Shown here in pieces: positions 10,457-21,076 of a stretch of DNA of 64,000 nucleotides; position 1 is the stretch's first letter, and each line of letters starts with the position of its first letter. Under the pieces are notes generated by a model. The model was not told the origin of the DNA and made no database searches. It saw nothing but the letters and a program-made list of their open reading frames with translations. The DNA comes from Microcoleus sp. Lineage in GTDB: Bacteria > Cyanobacteriota > Cyanobacteriia > Cyanobacteriales > Microcoleaceae. The translations under genes were made by a program, and so were the position numbers. The stretch lies in NCBI GenBank assembly GCA_042408215.1, contig JAYFMW010000030.1:192001-256000 (forward strand), read 5' to 3'.

Positions 10457-10576
10457 CCAGCCCTTCCCTCTCATAAAAAAAAATTATCTCTCTGAAATAG
10501 CTGCAATTGGCAAAAAAACTGCTAGATTGCGCTAGATAAAACATTGAACCGAGTTCATCGGGTTTTCTTCAACACC

Positions 10577-12387
10577 ATGTCCGAATCAATCAACGACATC
10601 AGAACCGCCAGCCAAATAGACATCGGCAACGTCAACATTGGCAACTTCCAAGTCGGTAGCATCGGCGGCACAAAATACAACGACCTCAACGCCAACGGCC
10701 GCCCCGATCCCGGAGAAGTCCCAATTCCCAACTGGCAAATCTACCTCGATATCAACAATAACGGCAGGGCGGACTTTAACGAACCTTCCACCCTCACCAA
10801 CGGCAAAGGCAACTACATCTTTTTGACATACTCCCCGACCTAAAGGTGCGGGGATTTCTTGACGCTTCATAGCAACGCGCTCCGCAAGCGGTAGTCTTAC
10901 CGTCGCTCCACGTCCGTTTAGAGTCTCCCAATGCCCTGTGGCGACTATCTGTATTCTAGCAAAAAGCCGTCCTAGAAGGACGGGGCTTGTATCCCAGTTT
11001 TTTGGTCAATATTCCCGCAGATACATATTTGGTGAGAGAAGTCCAGCAACCGGGTTTTCAGCAAACTACGCCCAACCCAGACCCGGTAAACGTTACTTCC
11101 AACGCCTCGATCGGCAATATTAACTTTGGTAATGTCTTTTTTGTCGGTAGCATCAGCGGACTCAAATACAACGACCTCAACGCCAACAGCATCCGAGATG
11201 CGACGGACCCGCCCCTCGCCAACTGGCAAATCTACATCGACCTCAACGCTAATGGCAGATTAGACGCGAAGGAACCCAATACTTTCACAAACCCGCAAGG
11301 GAATTATACTTTTGGGAATCTTTCCCCCGGCCGCTATTTGGTGAGGGAAGTTCAGCAACCGGGATGGGCACAGACTACGCCAAATCCAGGGCCGATCGAC
11401 ATTACCGGCAATACCAACGCTGTCGGCGTCAACTTCGGCAACAATTTGCCCATCGGTAGGATCAGCGGCTTCAAGTTCAACGACCTCAACGCTAACGGGA
11501 TCGACGAACCCACAGAACCGAAAGTTGCCAACTGGCCGATTTACCTTGACCTCAACAACAATAACAGCCTAGACCCGATCGAACCTGCGACTTTAACCAA
11601 CGCCCAAGGTAATTTCTCTTTCATCAACTTGGGTCAAGGCAGCTATTTGGTCAGGGAAGTGCCACAGCCCGGTTTTCGGCAAACAACACCAAATCCGACT
11701 CCCCTGACTGTCAGCAACGGTACAAATGCCACTAACATTAGCTTTGGCAACGTGTTGGTAACGGGCAACATCAGCGGTGTCAAGTTTAACGATTTTAACG
11801 CCAACGGCCTCCTCGATCCGGGGGAACCGCCGATCGCCAATACCCAAGTTTACATTGACCTGAATAACAACAGCAGTTTAGACCCAGGGGAAGCGAGTAC
11901 CTTCAGCGACGTTCAAGGCAATTACAGCTTCCGCAACGTTCCGGTGGGGAGTTACGTGCTCAGGGAAGTAACGCCTCCTGGTTCCATTCAAACTACCCCG
12001 CCTGCTGTTGTGACTGTCTCGACGGGAAATCGGGCTAGCAGTATTGATTTGCTGACGGGTGATGCTGAGGGTAAGTCGGCTAAATCCTTAAGTAGGGACC
12101 CGCTGACCGATGCCAGTAACTACGGGGGTGAGGTGTCTGCAACCAGCAAATTTGAGGCAGATAGCTTGCTTTGGAGTGAGGGTCGTGGTAATGATCAAAT
12201 TAATGATTTTTTGGTCGATCGACCTTTGACGAATTTAGCCAACATTCTTCTTAACTTTGGGCAACAAAATATCGGTTTGGAGACTAATGCAGAAAGCAGC
12301 GATTTTGTCAAGACAAATTTATTAATTAATTCGGCGATCGCTCTGTTCCCTAGCAGAACAAGTGTCGGAGACTTCGCCCTTGTTTAA
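10577..12387 (+). pseudogene. SdrD B-like repeat surface protein interrupted by a 182-bp mini-IS
   Basis: Repeated G.ISG.KFNDLNANG..D..EP....W.IY.DLN.N...D..EP...T...GNY.F....G.Y.VREV units; removing 10823-11004 restores GNYIF-VNIPADTYLVREV in frame. Confidence 0.85.
10823..11004 (-). mobile_element. Non-autonomous IS605-type mini-element (left end plus right-end/omegaRNA region, no ORF)
   Basis: Same left-end hairpin GCCCCGTCCTTCTAGGACGGC as the 7787-9141 element; right end ...TATGTCAA; no target duplication. Confidence 0.85.
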
Positions 12388-12936
12388 GATGCAACGACAC
12401 CGCCGGCAATGAATCCCAAACTGCGGGGATTGACCAGGGAAGAGCGGGCGATCGCGTGATACCCTATTGTTGTGAATCCCCCAGCACTCAAACCAGAGTT
12501 CCAGTAAGCCCAAAGCTGGCTTGATTTTTGATCGAAGAGGGGGGAACAAAATTCAGAGGCACTACCATCTCTGTTTTTAGGAACTATTAGACCATCCCTC
12601 CAGGTGCGATCGGCCTCGTGCCCTGGTCGAGAGTCACGGAGGTACAGTTAGTCTTAGGGTTTTTCATTTCTCAAAAAAGCAAGTGTCCAGCGGAAGAAGA
12701 ACGAGGCGCGCAAGTCGAAGATATTGTGCTCAAAATACCACCGTTCTTCAAAACCTGATATACTTGCCTGCGATAAAGCTTAAGGCATTTTTGTGTCAGG
12801 TGGGACACAATACATTGAATGCAGACCTATGTAAAATCGAATAGCGGTTGTCAGCTATCAGCAAAAGCTCTCAGCAATTGACAAACCCATACAATAGTCT
12901 GTAATTTACGTGGATTTAGGTGTGAAGGAGAAAATC

Positions 12937-15522
12937 ATGGCAGCAACAGATACTACTCAAGAACGCATTGCCCAGCAACTACAGCCAGTTCTAGTTGGGA
13001 ATACTGGCCCGGCAATTCTAGGAATCAAGTTCAATGACCTGAACGGAGATGGCATCAGACAGGGAAATGAACCGGGTCTGGCGAATATCCCCATCCTCCT
13101 CGAATCAGCAACCAGCACCAACGGTGTATTTAATGCTGGTACTGGGGAAGTCTCAACCACTACGGACGTTAACGGCGCCTTCTCATTCATAAATCTTGTC
13201 CCTGGCAATTACGTACTCACGGAAACCGCAATACCTGCTGGTTTCCGTGCTAGTACCCCCAACCCCCTCGCTGTCAATGTCGCCAACAGAAATGTCAACG
13301 TTTTGTTTGGAAACACCGCAGTTATAGGTAGCCGGATTGTAGGATGCAAATACTTAGACATAGATGCCGACGGCTTTCGAGATGGGAATGAACCGGGCAT
13401 TAAAAATGTCAGAATATATCTGGATTTAAATGGCAACGGCCAACGCGATGCAGCGGAACCCAACACCTTAACAGACAAAAATGGTGGATGGGCGTTTAAT
13501 GTAACACCCGGAACCTACAAAGTTCGGGAAGAACGGATCAGGCCGCAAATTCCTGCCGATCCGAACAGAATAGAAACTAATGCTACGAACGCAGAACCCT
13601 TAGAAACACAAGATTTTCCCCAAAGCACTCCCCCAGGCAACATTCCCGTACTGGACGTGACGGTAGCCGCCGGTCAAACCTTTGCCTGCGCTCAAGTTGG
13701 CGATACTCCGCTCTATCAAATTGAAGTTAACAAATTTCAAGACATCGATCGCAGCGGCACGCGAAATGTTGTCGGTGGAGTCATAGAACCCCCCATTGCT
13801 CGAGTACCCTTCATTTTAGATTTGAACGGGAACGGTCGCTGGGATTCAGGGTCTGAGCCGATCGCCATCACTGATGCAAACGGAGTAGTTACCTTCAAGG
13901 ATTTGCGGGCTGGCAATTATTCAGTGTTGGAAACTTTTCCAACTGTACTACCGGCAGAAGTAGGTGGCGGAGCCCCAGGCAACCTCAATGCCCCAGTAGC
14001 AACCACTCCCAACCCCACTCTGGTCTCGGCACCAGGGCCGCAGGCGCGATTCCAGGGTACGATCAGCAAAGAGCAACCGCTGTTAGTAGTAGACACAACC
14101 TATACACTGAAAGCAAACGACCCTAAATTCGTAGACACCAACCTCGACGGCGTTCAACAAACAGGTGAAAGATCTATTGCGGTGACAGGTGAGCGGCCGA
14201 TTTTTGCAGCGCCAACTGCAACTTTACCAGCGCGCAACCCCCAACCATCACTTACCTTTTCTCCTGTTGGAGCTACTCAGGGTGTTGGCAGTAATGCTGG
14301 TGTGGGCAACACTCGACCGAACATCAATGTCTTCAAATACAATGACTCAAATGCAAACGGTCGCTTTGAACCAACTCAGGGTGAATTGCCAATTAGCGGT
14401 GTCACCGTCTTCCTCGATGCCAACAATAGTGGGACTCCCGACGCTGGAGAACAGCAAATCCAGACAAATAACCTGGGTAGAGCAGCTTTTACCAACTTGG
14501 CATCTGGCAACTATGTCGTCCGGGAAGTTGTACCCTCTGGTTTCTCGGCTTCCACTCCCGCTAGCGTCAATGTGACCCTCAACACTCAGGATGCCAACGT
14601 TACCTTTGCCAACACACCCAACAGCAACATCACCGGTTGCAAATTTGAAGACTTTAACCAGAACGGTTATCGAGATGGCAATGAACCAGCCATTCCTAAT
14701 GTCACCATTTTTCTAGATACCAATAGCGATGGTCAGTTGCAAGCAACAGAACCCACTACTACTAGCGATCAGTTTGGTACCTTTAGATTCAACAATTTAG
14801 CCCCCGGCACTTACAAGATTCGAGAAGTAACACCTCCTGGTTATTTCCAAACGACTCAACCTGTGGATGTTGTTCTCGGTGCGAATCAAACATTTACTTG
14901 CGCTTTGGTGGGCAACTCTCGGTTCTATGACCTTAAAGTTCCTAAATTCCGAGACGACAACCGCAACGGTATACAAGACGGAAGCGAACCGCCCCTAGTT
15001 GGCATTCCGTTCACCTTGGATTTGAACAAAAACGGCCGCTACGATACTGCGACAGAACCGCTGGTGAGAACTGATGCTGCTGGTATTGCTCTGTTTCCTA
15101 ATTTGTCCCCTGGCACCTACTCGGTTTTGGAAGTCTTCGATGCGAGCGTTCAGAATCCGTTCCCGATCCCAACTGGGCCGAACCCGGTTAGCTTTGACGT
15201 GCCTGGCCCTAACGCAGTCCCTACGCAGACAGGAGTTGTGTCGGCAAAAAGTATTTCTAGCGTCGATTTGCTGACTGGCGATACGGCTACGGCTACGGCT
15301 ACGGCTACTGCTGATCCTCTGACTGACGGTGGCAGTTCACTCGATGCTACGGTTCAAGCCAGCAGCGTCGATAGCTTGATCGCACCTCAGAGTGCAGCTA
15401 TGAGCTTTGTTGACCTTAACAAGTTTAAGGACTCGCTAAGTTCGCTGACTACAGTAACGACAACAGATAACTCTCTCGATAAATTACTGTTAGGTGCTCC
15501 TGCTACGACTCCGCTGTTTTAA
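12937..15522 (+). CDS. Large SdrD B-like repeat (Ca-binding, adhesin-like) protein
   Basis: About six DxNxDG..D..EP...D.N.NG..D..E repeats; AAGGAG RBS before ATG 12937. Confidence 0.8.
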   Translation: MAATDTTQERIAQQLQPVLVGNTGPAILGIKFNDLNGDGIRQGNEPGLANIPILLESATSTNGVFNAGTGEVSTTTDVNGAFSFINLVPGNYVLTETAIPAGFRASTPNPLAVNVANRNVNVLFGNTAVIGSRIVGCKYLDIDADGFRDGNEPGIKNVRIYLDLNGNGQRDAAEPNTLTDKNGGWAFNVTPGTYKVREERIRPQIPADPNRIETNATNAEPLETQDFPQSTPPGNIPVLDVTVAAGQTFACAQVGDTPLYQIEVNKFQDIDRSGTRNVVGGVIEPPIARVPFILDLNGNGRWDSGSEPIAITDANGVVTFKDLRAGNYSVLETFPTVLPAEVGGGAPGNLNAPVATTPNPTLVSAPGPQARFQGTISKEQPLLVVDTTYTLKANDPKFVDTNLDGVQQTGERSIAVTGERPIFAAPTATLPARNPQPSLTFSPVGATQGVGSNAGVGNTRPNINVFKYNDSNANGRFEPTQGELPISGVTVFLDANNSGTPDAGEQQIQTNNLGRAAFTNLASGNYVVREVVPSGFSASTPASVNVTLNTQDANVTFANTPNSNITGCKFEDFNQNGYRDGNEPAIPNVTIFLDTNSDGQLQATEPTTTSDQFGTFRFNNLAPGTYKIREVTPPGYFQTTQPVDVVLGANQTFTCALVGNSRFYDLKVPKFRDDNRNGIQDGSEPPLVGIPFTLDLNKNGRYDTATEPLVRTDAAGIALFPNLSPGTYSVLEVFDASVQNPFPIPTGPNPVSFDVPGPNAVPTQTGVVSAKSISSVDLLTGDTATATATATADPLTDGGSSLDATVQASSVDSLIAPQSAAMSFVDLNKFKDSLSSLTTVTTTDNSLDKLLLGAPATTPLF

Positions 15523-15580
15523 TGTTAACTTGGGTCTCTAGTTCGAGACTCAACAATTAGCAGTTAGGTTGTTTTTAAAG

Positions 15581-15990
15581 AAACCCACCCTCCACAACCA
15601 TAGGTTATAGGGCGGGTTTATTTATCTCTTGAATTCCCCGAAATATTTTTCGTGAAACCCGCCCCTACAACTAATAGATACCGAGGGGAGTAGGGCGGGT
15701 TTTACCGACAATCTTTGAGGATAATTCACAAGTTAAATAAACCCGCCCCCCGCAACCATAGGTTATAGGGCGGGTTTATTTATCTTTTGAATTCCCCGAA
15801 ATATTTTTCGTGAAACCCGCCCCTACAACTAATAGATACCGAGGGGAGTAGGGGCGGGTTTTACCGACAATCTTTGAGGATAATTCACAAGTTAAATAAA
15901 CCCGCCCCCCGCATTCAGAGACTCGGAGGGCGGGTTTATTTATCTCTTGAATTCCCCGAAATATTTTTCGTGAAACCCGCCCCTACAACA
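15581..15990. repeat. ~159-bp tandem repeat (about 2.6 copies) of paired AAACCCGCCC/GGGCGGGTTT palindromes, REP/BIME-like
   Basis: CGTGAAACCCGCCCCTACAAC recurs at ~15651, ~15809 and ~15969 with near-identical intervening sequence. Confidence 0.85.
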
Positions 15991-16147
15991 AATATTTCTG
16001 CTTTGATTGACTTATTAATCCAAAAATGGTAAGAAATTAAGACTGTCTGCTGACTGATGATTTTTGTATCAACCAACGCCGATCGCCTATCTGTAAAGAG
16101 CTACTATAGTTGCAGCCGAAGTTAACTAGAGTTTAAGAAGAACTAGC

Positions 16148-17413
16148 TTGTCTCAACTCCCCATTGCTTTAGAGTTCCCAGCAAATGTCTGGAAGCTGAA
16201 TAACGGGTTAACCGTCATTCACCAGCGCCTGAAGGCCACACCTGTGGTCGCACTAGACGTGTGGGTAAAGGCGGGCGCAACGCTGGAGCCGGATTCGTGG
16301 TCGGGAATGGCTCACTTTCTCGAACATATGATATTTAAAGGGACTGATGCGATCGCCCCCGGAGAATTTGACCAGGTAATCGAAAATCGCGGCGGTGTCG
16401 CTAATGCAGCTACAAGTCACGACTACGCCCATTTTTATGTCACGGCGGCGGCCGATTATTTAGCAGAAACTACTCAGCCATTAGCAGAATTGCTGCTGCG
16501 TGCTTCGATTCCCGATCGGGAATTCGATCGCGAACGAGCTGTGGTGCTAGAAGAAATCCGTCAAGCTCAAGACAATCCCGATTGGCTCGGTTTCCAAGCA
16601 ATGATGGAAACAGTTTATCAGCGTCATCCCTACAGGCGATCGGTACTGGGCACAGAAGAGCTGCTGATGTCGCGAACACCTCACGAAATGCGCTGTTTCC
16701 ATCGCTCTCATTATCAGCCAGAAAATATGACTGTGGTGATCGTTGGCCCAATTGAGGAAGAACAGGCTAGGGAAGTGACTGGTAAAGCTTTTGAGCTGTT
16801 TTCTGACCGGTGGGATTGTCCCAAGTTGGAGGCCCAAGCAGAAGCGCCTCTGGTGGGAATTCGCCGTCAGGTACTCCACCTCCCCAGATTGGAACAAGCG
16901 CGGCTGACGATGGCTTGGACGGGGCCGGGAGTTGAACAGTTGGAAAGTGCTTGCGGCTTGGATTTGCTGTCGGTGTTGCTCGCTGACGGGCGATCGTCTC
17001 GTTTAGTCCGGGAACTGCGGGAAGAACTACAATTGGTACAGGCGATCGAGAGCTCTTTCTCGCTACAACGGGAATCGAGTTTATTTACCATCAGTGCTGT
17101 TTTGGAAGCGGAGGATGTCGAACAGGTGGAATCTCTGATTTGCGATCGCATCTGGGAATTGCAGTCTGAGCCGGTTTCTGAGGTAGAATTGCGACGCTGT
17201 AAGCGCTTGCTGTGCAACGATTTTGCTTTCTCGATCGAAACACCAGGACAACTAGCAGGTCTTTATGGGTATTATAATACGATCGCCAATGCCGAATTAG
17301 CCCTCAGCTATCCAACCAAAATTCAGGCCTTCGATCCATCCAACCTCCAGCGTTTAGCTCAACAATATCTTTCTCCCCGACACTATGCCGCTGTGGTGCT
17401 AAAACCAATTTAG
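16148..17413 (+). CDS. M16 family zinc peptidase, catalytic subunit
   Basis: GMAHFLEHMIFKGT (HxxEH), NAATSHD, ERAVVLEE. Confidence 0.92.
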   Translation: MSQLPIALEFPANVWKLNNGLTVIHQRLKATPVVALDVWVKAGATLEPDSWSGMAHFLEHMIFKGTDAIAPGEFDQVIENRGGVANAATSHDYAHFYVTAAADYLAETTQPLAELLLRASIPDREFDRERAVVLEEIRQAQDNPDWLGFQAMMETVYQRHPYRRSVLGTEELLMSRTPHEMRCFHRSHYQPENMTVVIVGPIEEEQAREVTGKAFELFSDRWDCPKLEAQAEAPLVGIRRQVLHLPRLEQARLTMAWTGPGVEQLESACGLDLLSVLLADGRSSRLVRELREELQLVQAIESSFSLQRESSLFTISAVLEAEDVEQVESLICDRIWELQSEPVSEVELRRCKRLLCNDFAFSIETPGQLAGLYGYYNTIANAELALSYPTKIQAFDPSNLQRLAQQYLSPRHYAAVVLKPI

Positions 17414-17517
17414 TCAGTAGTCGGTAGTCAGTAGTCATTAGTCATTGGTTATTAGTTATTGGTTATTTGCGGCGCCCTGAGCGTAGTCGAAGGGTTATTG
17501 GTTATTTGCTACCAATT

Positions 17518-17720
17518 CCCATTGGTGTCAACTTAACTTCAAATCAGGAGTCTCTCTTGTTTGTACCGAAGCTTCGATCCCCCCTAACCCCCCTTAATAA
17601 GGGGAGTAGGGGGTGGGACAAGAAAATTTCTCTTTCGTCCCCCTTATTAAGGGGATTTAAGGGGATCTAGACTTTGCATAAAAGCGACATTTATTATGGG
17701 TTTCAGTCTTAAGTTGACAC
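17518..17720. mobile_element. MITE with GTGTCAACTTAA terminal inverted repeats
   Basis: CCCATTGGTGTCAACTTAA...TTAAGTTGACAC; same family as the inner elements at 19196-19406 and 41719-41919. Confidence 0.75.
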
Positions 17721-17821
17721 TAACAACCAATTCCCCATTCCCCATTCCCCATTCCCCATTCCCAATTCCCCATTCCCCATTCCCCATTCCCCATTCCCAA
17801 TTCCCAATTAAATAATTCACA

Positions 17822-19090
17822 ATGAAAAATGAAATCCAGCGCACAGTTTTAGACAATGGTATTGTTGTTTTGGCAGCAGAAAACCCCGCAGCAGATATTA
17901 TTGCAGCTAGGATATTCCTACGGGCTGGTAGCCGCTGGGTACAGCCAGAACAAGCTGGATTATGTCACTTGCTGTCGGCGGTAATCACTAAGGGAACCGA
18001 TCGACTTTCTTCCCTAGAAATTGCCGAACGTGTAGAATCGGTGGGAGCGAGGTTGGGTACCGATTCAACTTCAGACTATTTTTTAGTGAGTTTGAAGACG
18101 GTTTCAGCCGACTTTACGGAGATGTTGGAGTTGGCGAGTCAATTGATGCGATCGCCCACTTTCCCGGAAGCAGAAGTAGAACTAGAACGCCGCATCGCCA
18201 TATCAGCAATTCGTTCGCAACAAGAACAACCATTTTCGATCGCCTTTGAGCAATTGCGGCACGCGATGTACCAGGAACACCCCTACGCTTTCTCTCCCTT
18301 GGGCACGGAAGCTACCATGTCAAACCTGAGTAGAAGCGAGATCGAACAGTTTCACCAAACCTATTTCCGCCCGGATAATGTAGTTATTTCTGTAGCCGGG
18401 AGAATATCAACGGAAGATGCGATCGCCCTGGTCGATCGCATTTTTGGCGACTGGAAAGCCCCAGAAACACCGCTGCCCACTTTAAGTTTACCCCCCCTCA
18501 CACCCCACCCCAAATCGACCGTAAAATCGCAAGAAACCCAGCAAGCAGTGATTATGTTGGGCTACCTTGCACCGGCAGTAAAAGATGCTGACTACGCAGC
18601 GCTGAAGTTGCTCAATACTTATTTGGGAAACGGTTTGTCGAGTCGATTGTTTGTGGAATTGCGGGAAAAGCGAGGCTTGGCTTACGATGTTTCCTCGCTC
18701 TATGCGACGCGCTTGGATGCGGCGCAGTTTGTGGTGTACATGGGTACTGCGCCAGAAAATACGGCGACTGCTTTTGAAGGATTGCGTACAGAGGTCGATC
18801 GACTTGCTAATATTCAACTTGACGAGGAGGAATTGCAAGCTTGCAAGAATAAAATGCTCGGTCAATATGCTTTAGGAAAACAGACTAATTCCCAAATTGC
18901 TCAAGTTGTAGGCTGGTACGAAACCTTGGGATTGGGAATTAAATTTGACGAACAGTTTCAAGCAGAAATTGCGGCAGTTACGGCTTCAGAAGCTAGGGAA
19001 GCTGCTCATAAATTCTTTATCGAACCCTATGTTTCTTTGGTGGGCCCGGAGGCGGCGATTACAGAGTTTGGGCTGGCGGCTGTTTGTTGA
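17822..19090 (+). CDS. M16 family peptidase, non-catalytic partner subunit
   Basis: HLLSA replaces HxxEH; SSRLFVELREKRGLAY motif; tandem with the catalytic subunit. Confidence 0.9.
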   Translation: MKNEIQRTVLDNGIVVLAAENPAADIIAARIFLRAGSRWVQPEQAGLCHLLSAVITKGTDRLSSLEIAERVESVGARLGTDSTSDYFLVSLKTVSADFTEMLELASQLMRSPTFPEAEVELERRIAISAIRSQQEQPFSIAFEQLRHAMYQEHPYAFSPLGTEATMSNLSRSEIEQFHQTYFRPDNVVISVAGRISTEDAIALVDRIFGDWKAPETPLPTLSLPPLTPHPKSTVKSQETQQAVIMLGYLAPAVKDADYAALKLLNTYLGNGLSSRLFVELREKRGLAYDVSSLYATRLDAAQFVVYMGTAPENTATAFEGLRTEVDRLANIQLDEEELQACKNKMLGQYALGKQTNSQIAQVVGWYETLGLGIKFDEQFQAEIAAVTASEAREAAHKFFIEPYVSLVGPEAAITEFGLAAVC

Positions 19091-19128
19091 GGTTGTTTGT
19101 AGAAGAGGGGCGATCGCTTTACGGCACT

Positions 19129-19455
19129 TACAGCGGAAACCGCTGTTATGAGGTACACCCACTTATCGTTCAATCCTCCTAGGGACACGGCAATGCCCAT
19201 TGGTGTCAACTTAACTTCTAACCCAGTCAGAGAATGCTGTTTGACTATTAAGGCCAGATCCCCCCTAGCCCCCCTTAAGAAGGGGGGGACAGGAGTCTTC
19301 TCAAAGTCACCCCCTACTCCCCTTCTTAAGGGGGATTTAGGGGGATCTAGACTCGGCTGTGAACGAGATTTCTCAAGGCTTTCAGGCTTAAGTTGACACC
19401 AATGGGCACCCGAAAAGTGTCCCTACCGTGTTTCATAACAGCGGGAACTGCTGTA
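19129..19455. mobile_element. Composite nested MITE, copy 1
   Basis: Outer ends TACAGCGGAAACCGCTGTTATGA / TCATAACAGCGGGAACTGCTGTA; inner MITE 19196-19406. Confidence 0.8.
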
Positions 19456-19619
19456 TCAACGAAGCAGACTATTTTTGCTGCCCTAATCTCGACTGAAAAC
19501 AGACAACCTTAACAGATTTTTTACTGTTGACATAACGGTTGCGTTCAACGGCGGTACAAAGTTTTGAGTCATCCCCAAAGTATGGATTCCGTGCGTTACA
19601 ACGCAGAGTTTTGTTGCTC

Positions 19620-19829
19620 TTTCTAGAAACGATTGAGATTAAGTTAGCCCTCAGTCTTAATCTCAAAGAACGTCGGCAAAGATTGATGACACAGGCAGAG
19701 TTGGCTGAGAAAATCAACTCCAGCCAACCTCCTATTGCAAAGGCTGAAAATGGCGAAGATTCGGTTTCCATTGAACTCTTAATACGCGCAATCTTGGCAA
19801 CAGGTGCAACGCCTCAATATCTAGGGTAA
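19620..19829 (+). pseudogene. XRE-family HTH (antitoxin-like) gene fragment
   Basis: IEIKLALS..LKERRQ..MTQAELAEKINSSQP.IAKAE.G..SVSIELLIRA; no convincing start and an apparently early stop. Confidence 0.55.
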
Positions 19830-19909
19830 ATTATTGCTAACTCACCCACAATACTATAGCCTTATTTTCTTTGATAAAAATCCAAGTGCAGGTAATTGTT
19901 AGGCTGAGG

Positions 19910-20740
19910 TTAATTTGGATTTTCAGCACTCAGGAGTGGAGCATACATCATTAAAGCGGAATTCTCTGTAATAAATTCTTCCCTCAGTAGTTGATTTGTA
20001 TTTGGGTCGCGTAGTTGCCGAATAAGTTGATTCTGACGCATATACCGCCCTGCGATCGGACCACTTATGAGATGATTCTTCTCCAAAATCTCGTAGCTAC
20101 AGAGACTTTCAACATTAGAACGGATCTCTCCACACAAATGCTCATCCGTTAACCATAAACACAACTGGTAATTATGAGTTGTTTTATTCTCAATTTGCAG
20201 GTCAATATAGTTATAGGACAGCGTTGCTCCGCTACCAAAGGGAAGAGTACGATTCACATCAGGAAAAACATCGTAGCTATGTCTCCAACGTTCTTTGATG
20301 GATAGAGGAGAATGTAATGTCATCCAATAAATTAAGTTGGCTAATTGACATAATCCACCACCATAACCAGCTTTCACAGTGCCATTATCTAAAGTCATTC
20401 CCAACTCAAAGCCTCTTTGCTTTGTGGGATTGCCTACCAAATACCAAAAAGAAAAGACCTCTCCCGGTTTAATCACCAAACCATTGATCGGTGCGATCGC
20501 TAAACGTAAATTTGTGACTTTATTATATTGCAGCCACATTTCTACATTTTGTAACTGGCGCATGAGAATTGACTGATGGGTAAAAATTTGAACAGGCAAA
20601 GGTTCAGAAATAATCTGGGTAGCAAACTTTATATTAGAGAAATACCACTCAAATCGACGCTTGAAAATATAGAAATATCGTCCTAGGTATAATCTCAACT
20701 TACTACGTTTTACGGGTAACTGAAAGAGATGGTTTTGCAT
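19910..20740 (-). CDS. VanW family protein
   Basis: NL.LA...ING..IKPGEVFSFW..VG, GGGLCQL, ERWRHS, GATLSYNYIDL; start taken at ATG 20740. Confidence 0.88.
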   Translation of the reverse strand: MQNHLFQLPVKRSKLRLYLGRYFYIFKRRFEWYFSNIKFATQIISEPLPVQIFTHQSILMRQLQNVEMWLQYNKVTNLRLAIAPINGLVIKPGEVFSFWYLVGNPTKQRGFELGMTLDNGTVKAGYGGGLCQLANLIYWMTLHSPLSIKERWRHSYDVFPDVNRTLPFGSGATLSYNYIDLQIENKTTHNYQLCLWLTDEHLCGEIRSNVESLCSYEILEKNHLISGPIAGRYMRQNQLIRQLRDPNTNQLLREEFITENSALMMYAPLLSAENPN

Positions 20741-21001
20741 AGCGCTCCTAGAAGGTTTAAGTATCCTAACTGCCAAGAATAACGATATATAGCCTTTCTC
20801 AGAAAGATGAGGTACGACTGGGCATAGGGCATGGGGCATGGGGCATAGGGCATAGGGTTCCGTGGGCATACCTCACTTTTTTGAGAACCGCTATATCAAT
20901 GTTACGGACATAATCTAGATAGGGCGTGAGGTTCTCTAGAGTCATGTTTAAAGTCGTCCAGGACTGTGAGTGACAAAGGTGCCACCACGAACGAAAAAAC
21001 T

Positions 21002-21071
21002 CGATCGGACTTAAATTGAACGTTTTCGGTTCCCGATCGGTCTAAATTATATACAGACCCGATCGGTCTAA
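21002..21071 (+). promoter_or_regulatory. Three CGATCGG(T/A)CT palindromic boxes, TetR-like operator candidate
   Basis: CGATCGGACTTA, CCGATCGGTCTAA and AGACCCGATCGGTCTAA immediately upstream of ATG 21077. Confidence 0.5.
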
Positions 21072-21076
21072 CTTAT

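Noticed and set aside
10334..10544. N-terminal PIPNSQF extension and overlapping ORFs
   Set aside because: Translation of the STRR heptamer tract.
10823..11004. Group I intron / IStron
   Set aside because: At 182 bp it is largely accounted for by IS ends and right-end RNA; no intron core was recognised.
15581..15990. CRISPR array
   Set aside because: Sequences between the palindromes are themselves repeated, and the period is ~159 bp.
19148..19396. ORF MRYTHLSFNPPRDT..., and the similar ORF at 41628-41840
   Set aside because: Lies in MITE sequence; the similarity reflects the repeat, not a protein family.
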